Source: a virus
Lineage: Duplodnaviria > Caudoviricetes
Length of the DNA stretch: 53,605 bases
Direction: 5' to 3' (one strand)
IMG/VR virus record: IMGVR_UViG_3300009418_000023
Location: 1 to 53,605 of that record
Of this stretch, positions 27,201 through 36,200 are shown in pieces (position 1 is the first letter of the stretch; every line of letters begins with the position of its first letter). The translations under genes were made by a program, and so were the position numbers. The notes under the pieces were generated by a model. That model was not told where the DNA came from. It saw only the letters and a list, made by a program, of their open reading frames with translations, and ran no database searches.

Positions 27201-30200
27201 GCGCAGTATTAAGATCATTAGCAAGGATACCTAACTTTCTAAGGTCAAAACTATTTCCATTATAAGTAACTACCTTGCCTCCCGCTAACAAATGCTGCTT
27301 CAACATCTTTAATAAAGCTCTAGCTTCACTTCCGCTTACTGAACGAGTAGGCGAGAAATGCTTACCCTTTTTAAACCCCACTCTTCCTGCTGCTTCAAGT
27401 GTTCTTTCAACACCACCAATACCTACAATACGTTGTTCCAAGTCCATCGTAGTTTCAATATCAATAGATATAACATTATCTGTATCGTATATCCAATTAG
27501 GGTTGCTTTGGATTTCAATAATATTAGCTGCTTCAGCTTCATCTAAACCTAGCGATGTTAAGATTTCTACTGCTTTGGTAGGATTATGTTGAGACCACAT
27601 AGTTCTTTCTGGTGCAGCCCTAGCCATAATATTCATCTCAAGCAAACCTAAACTAGATAGTCTCTTCATAGCTGTAGTAATTGGAGAGATTAAAGACTCA
27701 ATAAAGAAGGGTAATGCATTAGGTCTAAGTCCAGCATCTGGTCTATAATAATTAATCCAGTCTACAACTCTAGGTTTAATATTACCAGATGAACGAGAAC
27801 CATCAACAAGCATATGAGCAACGGTGTGTCCTGATTCAACACGATCTACTATAATCTCCATTGCTTCACTTAAGACTCTTTCTCTGTTCATCTTTTCAGT
27901 TTCACTGTAGCCGAAGTAATCAGCCATCTCTTCAGCATCAGATCGAACTAACTCAGGCTTACCTTCGGCATTAGATCGATAGCGACCTGTTGGCTTGTTG
28001 GTACGCATCGCGGTTTCTATTCTTTCGATAAAAGGATAGTTCTTATGTGACGAAAGCATCAGTAAAGCACCCATTGGTGTAATACCGAGTTTCATGTTTG
28101 TTCCGATTACCGTTCTTGGAACTCTCATAAGCATAGTAAAGGGGCCACCCATAGGATTACGTAAAATCATTTTATCAGTACGTTCATCCTTCGTTGGCTG
28201 CTGCTGTATTAACTTAACAAGGTCATTTCTACCCTCAACACTCTCTACAATAAAATCAAAGGAGAATACAGGATCATTTGCTAGTACAGCTTTCTCTCTA
28301 GCTACATTAATAATAGCTTCTCTGTGATCTGGAGGAATAGCGTTAAAGGATTGTATATCTCTTTGATTAGCAATAACTCTTAATTGTTTCTTTAGTGCGG
28401 GCTCCTTAACAATACCTATATATGTTTCTATAGCTTCAGATATATACCCATCCCACAGTACTCCTACAAGAAACTCCAACTCATCCACAGACTGAACAAG
28501 TAAGGGATGTATGGCCGTCTCTTCTAGTTTAATTGTTTCGCCCGGATTAACCCCCTCTTCAATTATAAAGTGCTCTGTAGGAACTAAGCTTTTTTTCAAA
28601 GCTTTGTGAATAAGGGTTGGTCCGGATAAGACAGAGAATGGATTATTCTCCGAATATGGACTTGTCAGGATATCATATAGCGTTCTATCTGCTAAGTCTG
28701 GATTTAAAATACCAATTTCATGTCCCTTAGTTTCCATAAGTAAGGAAGACATCTCTTTGTATCTAATATCCCGAGATAATTGGAACAGCGCGTGGAATCC
28801 TTCGAGGTATGTATTACGGGCTTGTAGTAGTTTCTCTTCGTTAGTTAGTCCTTTATCTCCATAGCGTACAGCAGAAATGATCTGGTCCATTTCATGTTCA
28901 AGTTTTTGATCAAACCTATATACTAAATACAAGTACGGTACCATTTCTGGATCAAGCATCTCTGCCTCAAAGCCACGTTCTATTGCCCACTTACTCATCT
29001 TCATCTCAACAACATTAGCTACCATCTCAGGTGCATTAGCATCTAATCCCATAAGATAGTCTAGATAATCAGACTTAACATCTGGACCCATTGGAAGAGT
29101 TTCTCTATTCCAAGGTTTCTCGAATCCTCTACTAGTTACTGGAATTAAGTGATCAGGGTTTTCTAAGGGTTGGTCTAACATAGCCGATACTTCTTCAATA
29201 GGACTCATCATCTCTCGTTCAGCGGCATGATAAGCTTTATTCTGAAGGTATAGGTTGCCCTTATTGTGATAAGGCATTCTCCTAGTTTCAGGAGCCCAAG
29301 ACATGTATCCCCTTGGTTTGTCTGTAGACTCGAATACCATATCTTCTGTATCGTGTCGTAGTTCTGTCATTGTATGTTCTGCGGACCCTCTGAAGGTCAT
29401 AGGATGTCCTGCGACTGGGACCAGTAAACCTATACCCTTAGAGAAATAATCTATGCTTGCTTGGTTTCGAGAACCATCAGCATTCCTAACACTATCTTGT
29501 TGTAGTCTTTGCGCATTAGTATGATCTATAGCAGCTTCTTGAGAATGCTCCCACCACTGACTCAATACTTCGGCTTCGAGTTCATCCATATTATCTTCAG
29601 CTTTATATTTTGACAGAGGCGGCTTCTCGGGTTCTGTAACTCTAAGAAGCATTTCATTTCTCATCATAAGAACAGCAATAGTATGATCCATTCTCTTGTG
29701 CCACTCCGCTACTTCAGCGTCATTATCAAAATCAACCATTCTCATTATGGGGTTGCCATATTTATCTAACCTTACCTTCCCATTTTTATCCCTAACCGGA
29801 ATCTTTTGATGAGGATTATCTTCCATTCTCCACTGACCCAACGGAGATTCGCCTTCTACGTCTACAAATACTTGCTTACCGTTTACATATTCGTAGGGAT
29901 TTTCAGACCACTCCATGATCTTTCTACCAATCTTAGCAGGGTTATCCCAATCTTCATCTCTAATCTCTTCTGCTACGAAACTTTTAAACGCATCTTGATT
30001 AGTTTGGATTCTAGCAAACATCGTGTTGTGATGGTGTCTATTCATATTAGAACTTGCAGAATAGGTTCTATAACTCTCAAGACCGGGTAAGAAGATTTGA
30101 TACAGAATAAAGTTCTGAATTCCAAGAAGATCTTCTTCATTAAATCTCTGGTGATTAGTTGCTGCTTGTGCCTTTAATACATCTACAGCAACTCTGAACC

Positions 30201-33200
30201 CCGTAGAGTTTACTGTATTTAATGCTCTGAATAATTGATTATGTTTCCAGTGCATACCCTTTGGTTGCAGTAATTGGCCAACCTCTTCCCTTTCAGCTAA
30301 AGTTAGCTTTCCTCCTTCTCCCGGCTTTGCCCTAGCATCTGCTTTCCTAATGATTGCGTCAGCTTTCATCAACCTACTATTCTTATACTTCTCCTTAAAT
30401 GCTTCTACAGTCATCTGAACTCTTTCGCCATCCGGTCCTATCATCATCTCACGCTTAGCTAACATAGCAATATTTAGATCCAGTTGTCGGCGTAAATAAT
30501 CTCTTTTCATAGCGGGGTTATTTTGATCTGTTTTCTTAATCTCCTTGTTCCGCATACTCTTTACAGTTGAAATCCAATCTGTTATATGCCTATCTGTCAT
30601 GTTTTCGTGCATTGACAGAATTTTTCTTGCTTCTTCCCGAAGACCCTCAATACCCAAAGCTACATCAATAACAGCAGCGTTCTCACCCGCTATATGGTCA
30701 AATATAGAATGTCCAAACAAAGCCATAACATGTGATATACCTTCAGATTGATCCTTAAAATTAAAACCAAACTCTTGCCTCAGCCTAGTCAGGATACCTA
30801 CAAACATTGGATCGGTTTGTAGTTCTACCCAGCCTTTCCATCCCATAGTATATAGCCTACGCATAACTTCTGGTTTCCAGAATTCACGCATCAGCTTCAT
30901 CTTCCTAACCATATCAGGATCAGAGCCTTCATTACTAACGTAATCAGTATACTTAGTATGATCATCGATTCCCAACGTAGCTAACTGATCATAAAACGTA
31001 ACCATTGGAGAGAGAAGTTCGCCATATTCTGGGTGTGCTAAAGCCTTTCTTCTAACGGTTTCAGCAAAACCTAAACCAGCTCTGATATAATAATCTTCAG
31101 CCTCAATAGACATATTCATTTTATTCCTTAACTCACCCATAGCGGTAATAGCTGCTTCGCTACCGAGACTTAGAATCTTAGTTACAAATAAACCATTAAA
31201 CTTCTTATCCAAGTAAGTCTTTGGTGAAAGGATCCTTTTATAGAACTCTGGGTTTTCCCAATACTTTGGCCCAAACTCTTTATAATGTTCTTTTGCATAG
31301 GCTTGTTCTGCTTCGGTAGCCTGTTGAATAACATCATTGGCTAATCCTTCTAAGTGCATGTTCATGCTTTCTAAAGCAAGTATAGAAGAAATACCACTCA
31401 TTGGAACAATAGTAGGTAAGCCTGTAGTAAGCTCAGGGTGTATCATTTTAAAAGCTGCATCACCCTCTGAAGTATAGACTAACCCCGGACCAGCCGCCCA
31501 ACGAGCATCATGGAGGAAAGCATAAGCAATATTTGCTGTATCTAATAGAACCTCAGAAAGAATATTCTTAAGTTCTTCTCTAGTAGTAATTCTATCGTTT
31601 AGTCTTACATTAATAATAGGAGGCAATAACCTAGCATCTGGTTGAAGACTTCTAGAAACAGGTCTACCCGGCACAGCACCATCTTTATCTTCTAGATAAG
31701 CGTTGTATTCTATAATATCGTTCTCATCAATCTCTTCTGTAAAGATAAACTCTAATCGTTTCCTTACAATAGCATCTTCAATCACAAGAGCAACAGCCTC
31801 AGGTCGTTCTGGAGCAAAGGAAGTCATGTGTCCCCGTAACATCGGGTGTGTCCGGACTGTCTCTCCTTCTTGCGGCTCATCAAAACGATTCTCTTCTTTT
31901 CTTTCTGATCTATATTCTGGGGATTTTCGTCTCTTGGTAACTATTTCTTTAGTTTTTAGTCTGGTTACTAAAGCAAAGTCAACCAGTTCCCAACCAAGCC
32001 GTCTTGCTGGTTGCCAGCCCCGAGTACCGTCCCCCATACTAATGATCTCGTCTCTAGTAATTAGGGTGTGTTCATTATCACCCTCTGCAAGCCTATCAAG
32101 AATTATACTAGCTATTCTATCTAGGTCTTTTAAGTCTTCTGGAATCTTAAAGTAAGCATATATATCTTTCTTCTGTCTTTGAGATTGCATAAAGAGTACT
32201 TCTAATTGCTCAACTATACCCTTTCTAACCTCCTCAAGATATTTCATCTCTGCTTCTGCTCTTGATTCCGGATCATCTAGATCAAAGGTAATTGTTTGGT
32301 CAAGATCGGGAGAAAGATTATCTGTTAAATCAATTAGGAAACCATACTGATTAAACAAATCATCATCGACTGCTCTCGACGCTTTCATAAGTCTATCGGT
32401 AAACGCAATGGCAGTATATAACCCAATCTTAGATTTAGGATCTCTATCATAAACCATAACATCTTCTTCTGTAGCCCTAGTTTCAGCATTCTTTGCTATT
32501 ACTGCCTGATGTGCCGTGTCTCGTTTTTTGATAAAGGTTACTAATCCTTCATCCCCCTTGAAGTCATGCAACAGACTTTTTAAAAGGTTCTTAGGAAATC
32601 CACCTTCCCCTGCTAAAGTAAGGGCTCGAACATCCTGTACAAACCCCCAATCTGTTAGATCTGGGCTAACGAGAGTCTTCCCTTCAGCTTCAAGGCGGTT
32701 ATTGATGCCCGAGATATATCTAAATAATCCTAACTGACCTTCTTCTGACTCGAAAGCCTTAAAGAGTTTGTGTATAATTTGCCTTGCTTCTAGTTCGTTA
32801 ATACGGCCATCCTGAAGTGCCGTCCTAATTTCTGCAACCCATGAATTAGCTTCGTGGATTCTCCACTTCTCCCCCTTTTCCTCAATCCTCTGAAGAACCT
32901 TTTGAACCTTTGCATCACCTTCTTTCGCTACAAGTCTCCGTCCTCTAATGCGGCGAACTAAGTCTGTGAGAGACTCTTTTGAGATTGCTTTAAGATCACC
33001 ATTAGCTCTCATTATTCTACGAGTAACTAAGGCAATAAGTTTATCTAATCTAACAAACAAAGTATCATACTCAAGACTCAAATCTTCCATCGTTCTGTTA
33101 CTAGGAAACTCCTCGCCTTCTGCATTAACAATAACTTCTCTAAAGACTGCATCATAGATACCATCTGGGAGACAACTATCAACAACGAAGATTGGAACCA

Positions 33201-36200
33201 ATCCTACTTCAGGATCTAAGGCTCTACCCCACGGTCCTTCAAGTACAGATATTAATTGCGAATGAAACTCTTGAAGTGCCATCAACTCTTCTGCTAATGT
33301 AAATGCATACTCTTCAGGAACTATTCCTCTATCTATACTTTCTTTGTTTATCGCGGTTTTGTTTGCAGCTTCAGTATTAGTTCGATCAATAGCTGGAGCT
33401 TCTGTAGCTTGGTTAATCCCCCACTGAGAAGCAGTAATTGGCCTGTTACTTACACGACTCCAATTAACATCTTTGAAGTAGTTCCTCTTAATAGACTTTA
33501 TATATGTCTCTCGTTCTTTAGCAGCCTCTTCAAATATAGCTAATGCTTCTTCCTTACTATAAACAATTGGATCCTCATCGCTATCTGCTCTCTCATCTAT
33601 TTCTTTCTTAACCCTGTCTTTGGTAGCACTTTCAGGTAAGAACGCTCCTAATAAGTCTTCAGCAGAAATAGTCTCTGTGGTTTCGAGTTTCTTTGTTAAT
33701 ACATGTCTTCGTATTGTTAAAGTCTTTAGTTCTTTATTACGATAATCTAATACTGCCCTGATTGTTTTCAGCTGATAAGACGCAAAACCATATTTCCTAG
33801 CCATATCTAGTTTGTATCTTAAGGATATCTTTTCACGCTTTCTATCTAACCTCTTCATATCCTCTTCTAATTTCTCCAATTGTCTATATTCATCTGAAGG
33901 TTGAATTACCTTAGTAAATATTTCATTCTGCATTCCAATAAGACCCAAAGCTAATGCTCTTAAGTCATCAAGCTTAACCCGCCCACTCTTTATACCTTCT
34001 AGGAGACTAGCTTTATTTTTTTCATTACTCTTTATAGTTTCCCATGTCTGTACAGCCTCTTCAAGATCGGCCCATTCTTCAGGAGAAACATCATTCTTAT
34101 CCATTTCCCCCTTTTGTCTCCACTTTGGGTGTTTCCCTGCTTCTGCTTCTGCCGCAATCGTATCAACAAAGGTTTTACTTAAGGTGCCAACTACTAGAGA
34201 AAGTTTAGATATCCTTTTACCCTTTTCACCTACATACTTTGTATCAATAGCATCTCGTATCTCTTTAACCTTTTCAGTTAACTCACCGATCTCCTTCTTT
34301 ACGTCTCTTAAAGCTTCACTATCGGATTCAACATCCTGCCACGCAGCAATACTTTCATCAAACTCGGAGATTAACTCGTCCATTTCAGCAATAAGTTCGT
34401 CAAGTTTATTCCTTATTTTTGGATCGGTAGTTCCTTCTCGTTCTTCTTCAAGAGCTGCCTTAAGGCTTTCAGCTTCCTCTTTCTCTTTTGTTGTTTGGAC
34501 AACTGCGGATTGTTGCTCTCCTTCTTGTGCTCTAAGACTATCTATCCTAGCGTTTACAAGACCCTCCCCCTCAAGATCTTTCTTTCGCCATGCTTCCTCT
34601 TCTTCAGTTAGTTTTTTGTCGGCAATAATCTTCTTAGCAATACGATCAGAAATCTCCCAGTCAGTCTCTGGAACCTTATCAGTTACCTCCTTGATCTCAG
34701 CATCAATCTTTTTAATAGCTACAGTAAGTTGCCTAACTGTTTCCTTCTTACTTGCAAAATCTTCAAGTTCAAACAACTCTTCTACCGTAGTAACTTTTTC
34801 TCTGTCTATCTCAACTTTTTCCATACCCTTTTTTCTCTTGTGAGATATTTTACCAGTCTTAGAGTGCTTCCAATAAAAACCCATACGAAATATTTCACCA
34901 GCAAAGGATTCTACTATACCGGTAATTTGTGCTTGTATCTTACCCTTCCTCTCAACTTTATCTTGTATCCCCGCCATTGCCTTTTCTCGTTCAGCTTGAG
35001 CTACTCCAGCCTCCTTTAGTCTCTTGGCTCTTTTTCTCGCCGCCCTCATTAGGCTAACCTTACGTCTAAGTGTAGACGGTTTTTTTGGAGCTAGCTGTGG
35101 TGACTCCTTTATCTGTTTTTTAATAATACGGTCTACTGCTTCTTTATGCTCATTATATATCTTCTCTTCTTCCTTAGTTAATGTCACATCACCTCTTTTT
35201 TTAATAGCAATATCAACTAAGACAGAATCTTCCTCCTCCTCCTTCGCTTGAATTAAAGAGTCAACATCTTCAGCCTTTTGTTTAAGTCTTTCTAACTCTG
35301 TTGTATTAGCCTCTAAAGAAAGTTTAAGTTTCTCTTCCTTTTCTCTAAATTTTTCCTCAACCTCAACCTCAATATCATGAACTACTTTAAGCTTTTCTGC
35401 AGCTGTGGCTGTATCAAAATTAAGTCCTTCTTTATCCATCCTCACACGAACCATACTCTCTACATTATCATCAACATATATTTCCCAAAGATCTTCATCA
35501 GAAATTTCATCTGTTTGATTAAGCCACTCCTCTGGGGTAAAGTTAGTTCCGTTTTCCTCATTCAACTTACGTACATATCTTGCCACCCGAAGCCTAGTTT
35601 TTGCTATAGCTGTACGTTCTCCTAGTTGTTTAGCTAAAGTCTGGGCTTCTGGTCCTCCTAATCTTTGAATTAGTCTATTAGCAATCTCATCTAGAAGTAC
35701 ATCATCAGATATCTTCTCCCCATCCAAATCATTTTTAATTTCTTCTAACAGACTAAGAATACTGGTTACATCATCATATGTATTAACCCCGTCTCTGATC
35801 TGCCAAGGATCAAGAACAAAACCAAGAGGTCCATCCATTAAATCATTTAAGTCAATATCTCCACCTTCTTGTCGAATAGAGTTTAAGGAATCAACGACTG
35901 AATCACCTAACTCATAATGCTCTATAGCTGCTAAGATAGGATTATCACTACCCCTTGCGGCTGCCTTCCAAGCTTCTGTAATACTAGACCTAAGTCTAGC
36001 ACCAAGTGGAAGACTCATAATACCTTGACCAATTATACCACCAGCTGCTGAAAGAGGAGCGTTTACTGTATACTTCATAGCTGTTCCAAGGATTGGGTTT
36101 GCTACGACAGAGAACACAGCCTCCATCTTTGCTTCAGCCCAGATACCACCTAAATCATACTCATCAATAAACCCTCTTTTAATTTTCAAAGTTTGGTTTA

